NCBI GenBank assembly: GCA_003281705.1
Contig: QCBF01000004.1
Coordinates: forward strand, 1,344 to 65,343
From: Prochlorococcus sp. AG-347-C10
Lineage (GTDB): Bacteria; Cyanobacteriota; Cyanobacteriia; PCC-6307; Cyanobiaceae
Reading direction: 5' to 3'
Length of the DNA: 64,000 nt
Position 1 is the first letter of the stretch. Each line of letters opens with the position of its first letter. Below are positions 8,170 through 18,151 of this stretch, one piece after another. The translations under genes were made by a program, and so were the position numbers. The notes under the pieces were generated by a model, which saw nothing but the letters and a program-made list of their open reading frames with translations, made no database searches and was not told where the DNA came from.

Positions 8170-8886
8170 TTAATTTAATTCTTTCATCAATAAATTCATA
8201 CCAATTAATGATGCATCCTTGTCGAAGGATTCTCTTTCCTCGCACATAAAGCCATGCTCAGCTCCTTTAACTTCAACATAAATAAATCTCTCTTCGAAAG
8301 GGTCTAGATCTTTAAATCTTTTTTTAATTTCTAATCTATCTTGTAAGGGAATTAAATCATCGGAAGAACCACAAATAAAATTTAATTTTCCAGAAACTTT
8401 TTCAAGTAAATCAATAGGTGCAGAATTAGTATCTGATTTTGGTGTTGCAACCCCTGCTCCATAAAAACAAAATGAACTTTCTATTCCTTTTAATGAAGAA
8501 GCAATAAGTGCTGCATGACCCCCAAAACAAAATCCAATAATTGAGATTTTCTTTTTTGGATATTTTTCTTTAACCCAATTTATAGCTGCAGAAACATCTT
8601 GAATAATATTTTTTGAAGTGGTTAAATTTTTATGATGCCTGCCTAATTTCAAGTCTTCTTGGCTGTATGCTAAATCTAATTTTGGAGCTGTTCTACCGTA
8701 AAGAGGTAAGGCTAATACAGTTACATTTAGTTTAGCTAATTTTTCAGAAAAACTCCTTATCCAGTGATTTATCCCAAACACCTCTGGTAAAACTATAGAT
8801 ATATATTCAAACTCACCATCTGAATCTACCCACCAAGATCTAAGAGGTAAATCACCACTATAAACTTTTGTCCATTGACCTTTCAT
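8170..8886 (-). CDS. Dienelactone hydrolase family protein
   Basis: PEVFG, GFCFGG nucleophile elbow, catalytic HGF. Confidence 0.92.
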   Translation of the reverse strand: MKGQWTKVYSGDLPLRSWWVDSDGEFEYISIVLPEVFGINHWIRSFSEKLAKLNVTVLALPLYGRTAPKLDLAYSQEDLKLGRHHKNLTTSKNIIQDVSAAINWVKEKYPKKKISIIGFCFGGHAALIASSLKGIESSFCFYGAGVATPKSDTNSAPIDLLEKVSGKLNFICGSSDDLIPLQDRLEIKKRFKDLDPFEERFIYVEVKGAEHGFMCEERESFDKDASLIGMNLLMKELN

Positions 8887-8914
8887 TAGTGATTACATAA
8901 AAAGTTTTTGCCAG

Positions 8915-8960
8915 AAAAAAAAGAGGGCTATTTTCCTTTTAGTTTAGATTGATTTTAAAT
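8915..8960 (-). repeat. ~47-bp island element, copy 4 (degenerate)
   Basis: Plus strand AAAAAAAAGAGGGCTATTTTCCTTTTAGTTTAGATTGATTTTAAAT; TAAACT retained on minus strand. Confidence 0.65.
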
Positions 8961-9199
8961 GTAAATTTTCCTCATTCAATTTTATAAATTAAATCTTAAA
9001 TTATGTAGAGAAACTTATACAGAAGTCGTTTTATATAAGTTATATAAATCAAATTAAGTAGTCTTTTTTACCAATTGAATATATCTGTTGTTAAATAAAT
9101 ATATTTCTCCTTTAAAAGCTCCTAAAAAACACTTTTTCTTGAAATAAAGATTGACAAGACATTCATAAAAAAAACTTTTATAAAACATTAACTTCTTTT

Positions 9200-9514
9200 A
9201 TGAATATGTTTCTAACCAACAAGTCTCGTCTAAAAATTAAGGATATTGTAAAGAGGATTTCACTAGATGAACCTGTCGCATTGGAAGAAAGAATTTATGT
9301 AGAAAAGTTTGCAAAACATAATTCAACTATATGGACATGGCTTAAGAAAGCTAATAGCTTGAGGAGATATGGAAAGCAAAAAACAGATGGAATAAATGGA
9401 CTTATCCAGAATCTTGGCCTTGATGGTTTAGAAACTGAAAATCATTACGATCCAAAAAATGATGATCTTGCTGATTGGTTTAGTGGATCTCCTGATTGGG
9501 TGAGAAGAAGTTAG
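9200..9514 (+). CDS. Conserved picocyanobacterial hypothetical protein
   Basis: ORF track; VALEERIY and DLADWFSGSPDWVRRS motifs. Confidence 0.8.
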   Translation: MNMFLTNKSRLKIKDIVKRISLDEPVALEERIYVEKFAKHNSTIWTWLKKANSLRRYGKQKTDGINGLIQNLGLDGLETENHYDPKNDDLADWFSGSPDWVRRS

Positions 9515-9906
9515 ATCTAAAATTAATAAAGCTAAAAGGATAATTGCAATAATAAAAATAAACTCCAGTAAATCTAAAAATAAGGCGTATATGGAATTTC
9601 TGTTTTCATTGATTCGCCATAGTAATTTTCAGCTGACTTTAGTAAGATCCAATAAATGAAATTAAGAAATGATTTTTCCATAGGAAGACCCTATATCTAT
9701 CTCAATTCAACTCAGAATCGCAAATAAAAACATCGTAGAAAATACTTAATAGAAGAGTTTTAGATTTTCTTAGATAATATGTGATGGCTAGCTTTGTATG
9801 AAATGCTACTAAAGCTTTTCTTGTTAATTGATTTGGCACTATTGCTTATTGATTCCTTTAATTTCAGAAGGTATATTTAATGGAATATCTTAAATATAAG
9901 AAATTT

Positions 9907-10023
9907 ATGAGTACTCAAAGTAGACAGCATCATAAAAGACAAGAGCAAAATAATACAGAATGGTTAGATGAATTAATCAATAAAATCGAAAATATGAAAA
10001 ACAAAATATCTAATACCTATTAA
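9907..10023 (+). CDS. 38-aa microprotein (NTxWLDxLI family)
   Basis: MSTQSRQHHKRQEQNNTEWLDELINKIENMKNKISNTY. Confidence 0.65.
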   Translation: MSTQSRQHHKRQEQNNTEWLDELINKIENMKNKISNTY

Positions 10024-10072
10024 TTAATTACATCTTCTGTCTTTTATTACGCTATTAAATACGTTTGTCATT

Positions 10073-10105
10073 AAGTCAGCTTTTAGAAATAAAGGCTGGC
10101 TTTTT
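10073..10105 (+). terminator. Intrinsic terminator upstream of gdmH
   Basis: AAGTCAGCTTT...AAAGGCTGGCTTTTT. Confidence 0.65.
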
Positions 10106-10218
10106 AAATGGAGTTATTTTTCTGATTTTTGCGAAAAGTTATTTAACAATGTTCCAATAAGGTTCTTTTTAAGGAAGTTTATGGTTCATTTTTATTTTTA
10201 TTGACAATATTGAAATAA

Positions 10219-11433
10219 GTGAAAAAAAAGAATTTTAAATTTGTGACTACTGAATCATCTCAAAATCAAGACTTTACAAGGAAGCATCCTAGCGAAGGAA
10301 TGGATGCTTTAGAAAAAGAAGCAAAATTACCTCTGAAAGGATGGGAAAACGAAGTTGCCCGAGCAAAGGAATATGGTTTAGAAGCAGCTAAAAGCATTGT
10401 CGATAGAAAAATATCTACATTTTCAAGAGGAGAATTACCTCATTTTGCAGGTATCAATACCTTTATGAAATCTCCATATGTTGAAAATATAAATGAAGTT
10501 GGAAATTATGATGTTGCTATAGTTGGTGTACCTCATGATTCCGGAACTACTTATAGACCAGGTACAAGATTTGGACCTCAAGGAATAAGAAAAATTTCGG
10601 CTCTTTATACTCCTTACAATTACGAAATGGGAGTTGATCTGAGAGAACAGATTTCTATCTGTGATGTAGGAGATATTTTTACAATTCCAGCAAATAATGA
10701 AAAAAGTTTTGATCAAATTTCAAAGGGGGTGGCTCATATTTTTGCTAGTGGTGCATTTCCAATTATCTTAGGTGGAGATCACTCAATAGGGTTCCCCACA
10801 GTTAGAGGAGTTTGTCGCCATTTAGGAGATAAAAAAGTAGGGATCATTCACTTTGATAGACATGTGGATACTCAAGAAACAGATCTAGATGAAAGAATGC
10901 ATACATGTCCATGGTTTCATGCCACTAATATGAAAAATGCACCTGCAAAAAATCTTGTTCAATTAGGAATTGGAGGTTGGCAAGTACCAAGAGAAGGAGT
11001 GAAAATTTGTAGGGAACGAAGTACAAATGTTTTAACTGTTACTGATATTTGCGAAATGGGTTTAAGAGAGGCGGCTGATTTTGCGATTGAAAAAGCTACT
11101 GATGGAACTGACTGTGTATATATTTCTTTTGATATTGATTGTATTGATGCTGGATTTGTCCCTGGAACTGGTTGGCCTGAACCTGGGGGTTTATTACCTC
11201 GAGAAGCATTAAAACTTTTGGAGTACATTATCAGAAAAGTAAATGTATGTGGAATTGAGCTTGTTGAGGTTTCGCCTCCATATGATGTGAGTGATATGAC
11301 TGCTCTATTAGCTACTAGAGTTATTTGTGATTCAATTGCACATCTTGTAGTAAGTGGTCAGCTTCCAAGAAAATCTAAACCAAAATGGATTTCAGATAAA
11401 TGCAATATGTCAGTTGATCAAAAATGGAGATAG
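10219..11433 (+). CDS. gdmH: Ni-dependent guanidine hydrolase (ureohydrolase family)
   Basis: N-terminal extension TFSRGELPHFAG, GGDHS, HFDRHVD, HTCPW, DIDCID, GWPEPGG, as recalled for Synechocystis Sll1077/GdmH; hypA/hypB + ABC context. Confidence 0.92.
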   Translation: MKKKNFKFVTTESSQNQDFTRKHPSEGMDALEKEAKLPLKGWENEVARAKEYGLEAAKSIVDRKISTFSRGELPHFAGINTFMKSPYVENINEVGNYDVAIVGVPHDSGTTYRPGTRFGPQGIRKISALYTPYNYEMGVDLREQISICDVGDIFTIPANNEKSFDQISKGVAHIFASGAFPIILGGDHSIGFPTVRGVCRHLGDKKVGIIHFDRHVDTQETDLDERMHTCPWFHATNMKNAPAKNLVQLGIGGWQVPREGVKICRERSTNVLTVTDICEMGLREAADFAIEKATDGTDCVYISFDIDCIDAGFVPGTGWPEPGGLLPREALKLLEYIIRKVNVCGIELVEVSPPYDVSDMTALLATRVICDSIAHLVVSGQLPRKSKPKWISDKCNMSVDQKWR

Positions 11434-11439
11434 ATCATT

Positions 11440-11796
11440 TTGCATGAGGTAGATATGACAAAATGTCTTATACTTTCAATGGAAGAGTGGGCAGAGAAAA
11501 AAAATAAAGAAAAAATAGTTGTTGAAAAGATTAATCTTAAAATTGGCGACTTTACTTGCGTAGAGCCAATATCATTAATAAATACTTTTAATGCTGCAGT
11601 CCTGGGTTCTTGGTTAGATTCCTCTGAGATTATTATTGAGAAAATACCTTTTGAAGGAAAATGCTCTAAATGCAACAGATCATATTTCCCAAAGAAAGAG
11701 AATGGATATAAATCTCCATGTTGCGATTTTAATTTAGAGGAAATTATTAGCGGGAGGGAATTAAAAATCGCATCCATTGACTTTAAAGAAAAGTAG
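11440..11796 (+). CDS. hypA: HypA-family Ni chaperone (GhaA-like)
   Basis: MHE start, CSKC and SPCC, SGREL. Confidence 0.92.
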   Translation: MHEVDMTKCLILSMEEWAEKKNKEKIVVEKINLKIGDFTCVEPISLINTFNAAVLGSWLDSSEIIIEKIPFEGKCSKCNRSYFPKKENGYKSPCCDFNLEEIISGRELKIASIDFKEK

Positions 11797-11836
11797 AAAT
11801 TTAGTATCTAGAATAAAAATATATCTTCAAATATAA

Positions 11837-12517
11837 ATGCATTTACCAATTTCAGACAAAATTGAATTAAATATTCTTCATCAAAATAGTCATCAAGCTG
11901 AGAAAAATAAAGTTAAGTTTAATAATTATAATTTGCTTTGCTTGAATATAATGAGTAGTCCTGGTGCAGGAAAAACGAGATTACTCGAAATAACTTTAGA
12001 AGATCTTTCAAAAGAATTTCAAAGTGCTGTTTTAGAGGGTGATATGACTACTAATCTTGATGCGGCAAGATTAGAAAAATTAAATATTCCAGTAGTACCA
12101 ATCACAACTGGAAGAGCGTGCCATCTCGATGCAAATATGGTTAGTGGAGGTTTGAAATTACTAGAAAAAAAAATAAATCCTGATTTTCTAGATATTTTGT
12201 TAGTGGAAAATGTAGGAAATTTAGTTTGTCCTGCAGAATTTGAGATTGGGGAACATTTTAAAGTTGCACTTTTAAGTATTACTGAAGGTGAGGATAAACC
12301 TTTAAAATACCCAATAATGTTTAGAGAAGCAGATTTAATTTTGATTACTAAAGTTGATTTATTACCCTATTTGAATTTTGATATTAACATATTAAAATCA
12401 AATATAACATCAACTAATCCGAATGCAGATGTGATAGAAATTTCTTCGATAACCAAGTATGGATTCGATTTATGGCAAAATTGGATTAGTAAAAAGATTC
12501 TGAAATTTAAAAAATAA
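11837..12517 (+). CDS. hypB: HypB-family Ni-insertion GTPase (GhaB-like)
   Basis: SSPGAGKT, CHLDA, ENVGNLVCP, EGEDKPLKYP, TKVD. Confidence 0.95.
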   Translation: MHLPISDKIELNILHQNSHQAEKNKVKFNNYNLLCLNIMSSPGAGKTRLLEITLEDLSKEFQSAVLEGDMTTNLDAARLEKLNIPVVPITTGRACHLDANMVSGGLKLLEKKINPDFLDILLVENVGNLVCPAEFEIGEHFKVALLSITEGEDKPLKYPIMFREADLILITKVDLLPYLNFDINILKSNITSTNPNADVIEISSITKYGFDLWQNWISKKILKFKK

Positions 12518-12551
12518 GTAATATTGATTAATTAATAGTAATCTCTTAAAA

Positions 12552-12565
12552 GTATCAGTCATTAC
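12552..12565 (+). promoter_or_regulatory. NtcA box upstream of the ABC substrate-binding gene
   Basis: GTA-TCAGTCAT-TAC(A) in the only sizeable gap inside the cluster. Confidence 0.6.
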
Positions 12566-12622
12566 AACTTTAGATTTACTTTTTCTTAAACATTGATAGT
12601 ACGTAAAATTTTTTTTTCAAAA

Positions 12623-13621
12623 ATGTTCAAAAAATTGAGAGTTTTTGCTGTCTCTTTGCTTGCTCTGATATTAGCGATTTCATTAAGTACATTATCAAGT
12701 CCTGCCGCTCCAAAAGGAGATCCAATCACTTTGGGATACAGTAACTGGGCAGGATGGTGGCCGTGGGCGATAGCTGTTGATCAAAAAATGTTTAAAAAAA
12801 ATGGAGTTAATGTTCAAATGAAATGGTTTGATGGATATGTTCAATCCATGGAAACTTTTGCTGCTGGAAAAATCGATGGAAATTCGCAAACTCTTAATGA
12901 CACTATTTCGTTCTTACCTGGAGAGAATGGAGGCGAAGTTGTTGTTTTAGTTAATGATAATTCTGCAGGGAATGACCAAATAATTGCAGATAAATCAATT
13001 AAAAGTGTTGCTGATTTAAAAGGTAAAACAGTAGCAGTAGAAGAAGGTGTTGTGGATGATTTTTTACTTGTTTTAGCTCTGAATGATGTTGGATTAACTA
13101 GAGATGATGTAATTATTAAAGGTCTGCCAACTGATCAGGCTGCAACTGCGTTCGCAGCAGGAAAAGTTGATGCAGTTGGTGCATTTCCTCCATTTACCGG
13201 AACTGCAATGAAGAGGCCAGGAGCAAAAGTTATTGCTAGTTCAAAAGAATATCCAGGTGCAATCCCTGATTTATTAGCTGTAAGCGGAGATTTGATCTCT
13301 GAAAGACCAGATGATGTTCAAAAAATTGTTAAAACTTGGTGGGATGTAAGAGAATTTATGGAAAAAAACCCAAGAAAATCTGAAAAGATTATGGCAAAGC
13401 GAGCTGGGATCCCAACACGCGAATACAAACAATATAAGGGTGGAACTAGGTTCTTCTCTTTGGAAGAAAATCTCGAAGCTTTTAGTGACGGGTTCGGCAT
13501 GAAACATATGCCTTATGCTGCGAAACAAATGGCAGACTTTATGGTAAAGGTAGGATTCATTCCTGAAAAACCAGATATGAGTAAACTATTTGATTCTTCT
13601 TTTGTTGAAAATATTAGTTAA
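12623..13621 (+). CDS. ABC substrate-binding protein (NitT/TauT-SsuA class), probable guanidine binder
   Basis: Signal peptide, GYSNWAGWWPW, DNSAGND; ATG 12623 preferred over TTG 12593. Confidence 0.88.
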   Translation: MFKKLRVFAVSLLALILAISLSTLSSPAAPKGDPITLGYSNWAGWWPWAIAVDQKMFKKNGVNVQMKWFDGYVQSMETFAAGKIDGNSQTLNDTISFLPGENGGEVVVLVNDNSAGNDQIIADKSIKSVADLKGKTVAVEEGVVDDFLLVLALNDVGLTRDDVIIKGLPTDQAATAFAAGKVDAVGAFPPFTGTAMKRPGAKVIASSKEYPGAIPDLLAVSGDLISERPDDVQKIVKTWWDVREFMEKNPRKSEKIMAKRAGIPTREYKQYKGGTRFFSLEENLEAFSDGFGMKHMPYAAKQMADFMVKVGFIPEKPDMSKLFDSSFVENIS

Positions 13622-13637
13622 TTAATAAAAAATTAAA

Positions 13638-14456
13638 ATGGTTAGTTCGAAATTAATTAAGAGGGATAAATATTTTTTATCCCTCTTTTCATTTGGTAGT
13701 GAACCGAAAAAATCAAATAAAATATTTCTTCAAATAGCCTCCCTTTTGATTCCCCTTTTAATTTGGACAATAGTTTGTCAATTAAAACTTGTGAGTGAAA
13801 TGTTTTTACCATCACCGTTAGCAGTCTTCTACTCTATTTTAGATATGGCTGAAAGTGGAATTTTATTTGAAGATATTTTTGCAAGTACTGGTAGGGTATT
13901 CGCTGGTTTTATAATTGCGACAATTATTTCAGTTCCTTTAGGAATTTTAATGGGTTCTTTCCCTTCTTTTTGTGCTTTATGTGAACCATTAATTGCAATG
14001 CTTAGATATATGCCTGCAGCTGCTTTTTCTCCTTTACTTATTATTTATTTAGGTATTGAAGAGGCTCCAAAAATCGCATTAATATTCATTGGTACCGTTT
14101 ACTTTAATGTTTTGATGGTTATGGATTCAGTAAAATTTGTACCCAAAGAACTCATTGAAACAACGCTTACTTTAGGAGGAAATACAAAAGATTTATTGAT
14201 TAGAGTAATAGCAAGATATTCATTGCCAAGTATTATTGATACTTTAAGAATTAATATTGCAACTTCATGGAATTTAGTTATTGTTGCAGAGTTAATTGCA
14301 GCAGAAGTTGGTTTAGGTAAAAGGATTCAACTAGCCCAAAGGTTTTTTCGTACAGATCAAATATTTGCAGAATTAATAGTTCTTGGATTAATTGGATTTT
14401 CTTTGGATATGAGTTTTAGATTTTTACTAAGACGTACATGTAAATGGGCTGTTTAA
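13638..14456 (+). CDS. ABC permease (NitT/TauT class)
   Basis: Multi-TM, EAA-like loop ELIETTLTLGG, VAELIAAEVGLG. Confidence 0.9.
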   Translation: MVSSKLIKRDKYFLSLFSFGSEPKKSNKIFLQIASLLIPLLIWTIVCQLKLVSEMFLPSPLAVFYSILDMAESGILFEDIFASTGRVFAGFIIATIISVPLGILMGSFPSFCALCEPLIAMLRYMPAAAFSPLLIIYLGIEEAPKIALIFIGTVYFNVLMVMDSVKFVPKELIETTLTLGGNTKDLLIRVIARYSLPSIIDTLRINIATSWNLVIVAELIAAEVGLGKRIQLAQRFFRTDQIFAELIVLGLIGFSLDMSFRFLLRRTCKWAV

Positions 14457-15218
14457 ATGAAATTAGATGTTAATAATATTTCAAAATATTTTGGGGAAGG
14501 TTCAAATAGAAAAAAGGCAATCGAGGGAATAAATTTTTCAATAAGCTCTGGCGAATTTAAAACTCTTGTTGGGAGCTCTGGATCAGGTAAAAGTACTATA
14601 TTGAGGATTATTGCTGGGCTTGAAAGTCCATCTAAAGGGAACGTAAAAGTAGATGGGAAAATAGTTAGTGGACCAGGATTGGATAGAGGAATGGTTTTCC
14701 AGAAATATAGTCTTTTCCCTTGGCTCACTGCATCAGAGAATATTGCATTTGGAATGAATTTAAATTCTTATAAATTGAAAGAAATAAAATTTAGAACATC
14801 TTATTTATTAGAAGTGGTAGGCCTTCAGGATTCTGGAAACAAGTATCCAAAAGAATTATCTGGAGGAATGCAACAAAGGATTGCAATAGCAAGAGCTTTA
14901 GCGACTAACCCCAAAATCCTACTTTTAGATGAACCTTTTGGAGCCTTGGACTTGCAGATAAGAGAATCTATGCAGAAATTTCTCTATGAATTATGGGAAA
15001 AAACTTCATTGACAGTTTTACTTATAACCCATGATATTGAAGAAGCATTAGCCCTCTCTCAGCAAATATGCATTTTGGCACCTAATCCTGGAAGAATAAT
15101 AAAAGAAGTTAGGGTAGATCTACAAAAAGGAGATTTAGATAAATTGAAACTTGATTCGAATTTTTCAAAATTAAGATATGAGTTATCTGATTTTTTAAGA
15201 GCCCTCCAAAAAAATTAA
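14457..15218 (+). CDS. ABC ATP-binding protein
   Basis: GSSGSGKS, LSGGMQQR, LLLDEPF, ITHD. Confidence 0.95.
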   Translation: MKLDVNNISKYFGEGSNRKKAIEGINFSISSGEFKTLVGSSGSGKSTILRIIAGLESPSKGNVKVDGKIVSGPGLDRGMVFQKYSLFPWLTASENIAFGMNLNSYKLKEIKFRTSYLLEVVGLQDSGNKYPKELSGGMQQRIAIARALATNPKILLLDEPFGALDLQIRESMQKFLYELWEKTSLTVLLITHDIEEALALSQQICILAPNPGRIIKEVRVDLQKGDLDKLKLDSNFSKLRYELSDFLRALQKN

Positions 15219-15221
15219 ATA

Positions 15222-16244
15222 ATGTCAACAAGTTTTTTGCCTACTTGGCTTTATAACGAACAAAAAATATTTGAACTTGAATTAGATAAATATTCAAAAA
15301 ATTATTGGCACCCATTGATTTTTCTTGGAGAAATTAAACCTGGACAAATATTAGAAAAAAAATTTTTTAATCAATCATTATTAATCTCTTGTTCAGAAAA
15401 AAGTTTAATAACTGTTTTTAAAAATAGATGCCCTCACCGCGGGTCAAAATTATGTTTGCCAAAAACAAAATTAAATCCTTCTAAAAGTATTTTTTGTCCT
15501 TACCATGGTTGGACTTTTGATAGCTTTGGCAAACTTAAAACCTTGCCTTTAAAGTACGATTTTGATAGGAAAATAGAGACAGGTGATTATTCTTTAGAAA
15601 AAGTTAACTGTCTAGTAAATGGGCCTTTGATTTGGATTAATTTCAGCAAAAAACCAATATCTATAAATGATCAAATTGAGCTTGTTGGGAGAAAATGTAA
15701 TGATGAATGGGATATGAATTACGCTATTTTTTCTGAATTTTCTGATACTTTAAATTGCAATTGGAAAATTGCCCATGACAATACACTGGATGATTATCAT
15801 GTAGCAATAGCTCATAAAAATACCTTACATAAAGAACAAGGTCCAATTAAAAATTACAGGTATTTCTTCAGTCAATTTTGTAATGTACTTGTTACCCCTC
15901 TAAGCAGTAAAAGAAATCTATATACCTTTGGATTACTTCCGTGGAATCATTTAATAATCTGGCCTGGGAAAGGGATTGTTTTAATAAATTATCTTCCTAA
16001 AAATATTGATCAGTGTATTATTGAAATTAAATTAGCTTCTGCTTCTTTGTGTGACAATGATTTAGAAAGTTGGAAAAGAAGTATATTAGAATTTATTGGA
16101 GAAGATAAAGTTATTGTCGAATCAGTTCATAAGTCTTATCTGGAAAATTTTAAACTTGGTCCGCCCAATAGACTTGAACAAAGGATTATACACTGGCAAA
16201 AGATTTATAAAAACTTTCTAAATGCATCGGGTATCTCTCTCTAA
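15222..16244 (+). CDS. Rieske non-heme iron oxygenase alpha subunit
   Basis: CPHRG...CPYHGW Rieske ligands; NWK..DN.LDDYHV..AH and distal ED mononuclear Fe ligands. Confidence 0.9.
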   Translation: MSTSFLPTWLYNEQKIFELELDKYSKNYWHPLIFLGEIKPGQILEKKFFNQSLLISCSEKSLITVFKNRCPHRGSKLCLPKTKLNPSKSIFCPYHGWTFDSFGKLKTLPLKYDFDRKIETGDYSLEKVNCLVNGPLIWINFSKKPISINDQIELVGRKCNDEWDMNYAIFSEFSDTLNCNWKIAHDNTLDDYHVAIAHKNTLHKEQGPIKNYRYFFSQFCNVLVTPLSSKRNLYTFGLLPWNHLIIWPGKGIVLINYLPKNIDQCIIEIKLASASLCDNDLESWKRSILEFIGEDKVIVESVHKSYLENFKLGPPNRLEQRIIHWQKIYKNFLNASGISL

Positions 16245-16353
16245 TATTTCTGTTGATTGCACTAAGGTTATTAATTTAATCAAATTTTAATTTGGTAGTT
16301 ATTTAACTATAAATTTAATAGACCTTGTTGATAATGTAGTTAAGTACAAAAAG

Positions 16354-16677
16354 TTGATTATGAGAAATTTTATACTAACAATAGTTTCTTTATCTTTCCT
16401 ACCTTCTTGCAGTAATGATAAAGATTTTTTTCTCACTGTGGGAAACGCTTTGTTGAGTTGTGGAGGTAAATCTCGTATTATCGAAAATGATAAAGAAGAG
16501 ATAATAAATACTGAAGTGAAGGATTTAATAGATGGAATTGGGAAATATGTTGAATTTACAGTTGTAGAGACTGATAAAAAAGGAGGAAAATATAGGATTA
16601 TTAATTGCTTCCCAAGTGAAGAACCACAAGATTCAATAATAAAAACTATTAAAACAAATTATAAATTAAGTAATTAA
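16354..16677 (+). CDS. Putative lipoprotein
   Basis: MRNFILTIVSLSFLPSC lipobox-like. Confidence 0.65.
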   Translation: MIMRNFILTIVSLSFLPSCSNDKDFFLTVGNALLSCGGKSRIIENDKEEIINTEVKDLIDGIGKYVEFTVVETDKKGGKYRIINCFPSEEPQDSIIKTIKTNYKLSN

Positions 16678-16694
16678 ATGTTTTTTTAAAATAA

Positions 16695-17552
16695 TTAGTT
16701 TACTTTTAATCTGAGATTTTTGATAATTTCCCATGCTTCTGATGCAGTGTCTGCATATTGGAAAAGATTTAAATGTTTATCTTCAATCAATCCAAGATCA
16801 GCTAGATAATCAAAGTTAATTACCTTATTCCAATACTCTCTACCAAAAAGTATGATTGGGATTTTAGTTTTCATTCCTGTTTGACAAAGCGTTAATAATT
16901 CAAATAATTCATCTAGTGTTCCAAACCCTCCAGGAAAAAATACAGCAGCTACTGATCGCATAACAAAATGGATCTTTCTTAATGCGAAATAATTAAACTT
17001 AAAGCAAAGACCGGGAGTTATAAAAGCATTTGGTATTTGTTCATTAGGGAGACTGATATTTAACCCTATAGACTTACAATTTGCTTCAAATGCACCTCTA
17101 TTTGCAGCTTCCATGATTCCTGGCCCCCCACCTGTCACAATCACATGGGAATTACAGTTTTTATTTTGATTATTAATTGAAGCAAGTTTAGAAAACTCCC
17201 TTGCGGATTGATAGTAATGACTCATTAGAAGCAAATTTTCTAATCTATTTAAATTTCGTTTTAGAAGTATTGATTTAGGATTTTTTTTAATTAACTCTTC
17301 TATATTTTCAATTCTCTTTTTGGTACTTGATTTTTCTGTAATGCTTGCGCCTCCAAAAATAATTATGGTTGAAAGAATTTTATTTTCTTCAAGGATTAAG
17401 TCTGGTTTAGTAATTTCAAGAAGCATTCTGACTCCACGCATTTCATTTCGGCTAAGTAGACCAATATCTTCGTGAGCCAATTTATAATTATCAGAATTAA
17501 TAATTAAATTCAGGTTTTTAAAATTATTTTTAGGGGATTTATGTTTTTTCAT
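16695..17552 (-). CDS. LOG-family (TIGR00730-like) protein
   Basis: TGGGPGIMEAAN, RKIHF, PGGFGTLDE. Confidence 0.92.
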   Translation of the reverse strand: MKKHKSPKNNFKNLNLIINSDNYKLAHEDIGLLSRNEMRGVRMLLEITKPDLILEENKILSTIIIFGGASITEKSSTKKRIENIEELIKKNPKSILLKRNLNRLENLLLMSHYYQSAREFSKLASINNQNKNCNSHVIVTGGGPGIMEAANRGAFEANCKSIGLNISLPNEQIPNAFITPGLCFKFNYFALRKIHFVMRSVAAVFFPGGFGTLDELFELLTLCQTGMKTKIPIILFGREYWNKVINFDYLADLGLIEDKHLNLFQYADTASEAWEIIKNLRLKVN

Positions 17553-17553
17553 T

Positions 17554-18072
17554 TCAAATAAGAGTTTTAACTTTTCTTTCTAGAGGATTAAGATAAAGTC
17601 TTTTGATTTTGCTATTTTCGAAAATCCAATAAACAGGGGGGCTTTTTCTTGCCTTAATTAAATTAATTTTGTTTAATTTTTGAGGGATAAATTCTTTAGC
17701 AGGATCAAAAAATTTATCTCTTTTGGGTTGGTTTAAAACAATACTACCTTCTTTCCCTGAGATTGATCTGTGATAAGTTCCTATAGGAATTTCTAATGCT
17801 CCCATAGATCTATTTAAATAAATCACATGATGAGGTTCATCCCAGGAAGGATTTATTAAAACAAATGTCCTTTCCCCGGTGATAACTAAATTGTGGTCAA
17901 TTTGATGATTGTGAACGTAATATTGCTCATCTTTTAAATCATCTGGAGGAGATATAGCTTCCCCAGAATGGATAACGACATCAGAACCATTAGAATTATC
18001 TATGCCTGCATCGAAGAATGTGACTTTTGGAGTCTCTCTAAAAACATTTATTGGGAAGAATCTTAATTCCAT
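17554..18072 (-). CDS. Conserved cyanobacterial cupin-like protein
   Basis: FRETPKVTFFD, AISPPDD, YVHNHQIDHN, IPIGTYHRS. Confidence 0.8.
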   Translation of the reverse strand: MELRFFPINVFRETPKVTFFDAGIDNSNGSDVVIHSGEAISPPDDLKDEQYYVHNHQIDHNLVITGERTFVLINPSWDEPHHVIYLNRSMGALEIPIGTYHRSISGKEGSIVLNQPKRDKFFDPAKEFIPQKLNKINLIKARKSPPVYWIFENSKIKRLYLNPLERKVKTLI

Positions 18073-18151
18073 AGTGCTAACTCCCTTTTAGAAAATTTTT
18101 AAATAATAATAAAAATTTATTTACTTTTAAAAAACAGCTATTTTTTGATTT

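Noticed and set aside
9058-9809. GTA-N8-TAC at 9058 and 9796 as NtcA sites
   Set aside because: No properly spaced -10 found, and this motif arises often by chance in AT-rich DNA
10219-11433. Agmatinase (speB) or arginase call
   Set aside because: The N-terminal extension, FDRHVD/HTCPW/GWPEPGG motifs and hypAB-ABC context fit GdmH
11440-12517. Hydrogenase maturation locus
   Set aside because: No hydrogenase or hypCDEF genes here; the genes directly follow a Ni enzyme
12623-15218. Nitrate, taurine or sulfonate transporter
   Set aside because: Family-level similarity only; context points to guanidino substrates
9818-16264. TTGATT(TG)GCACTA near both ends of the guanidine cluster as a target-site duplication
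   Set aside because: Short, gapped and AT-rich; compatible with chance
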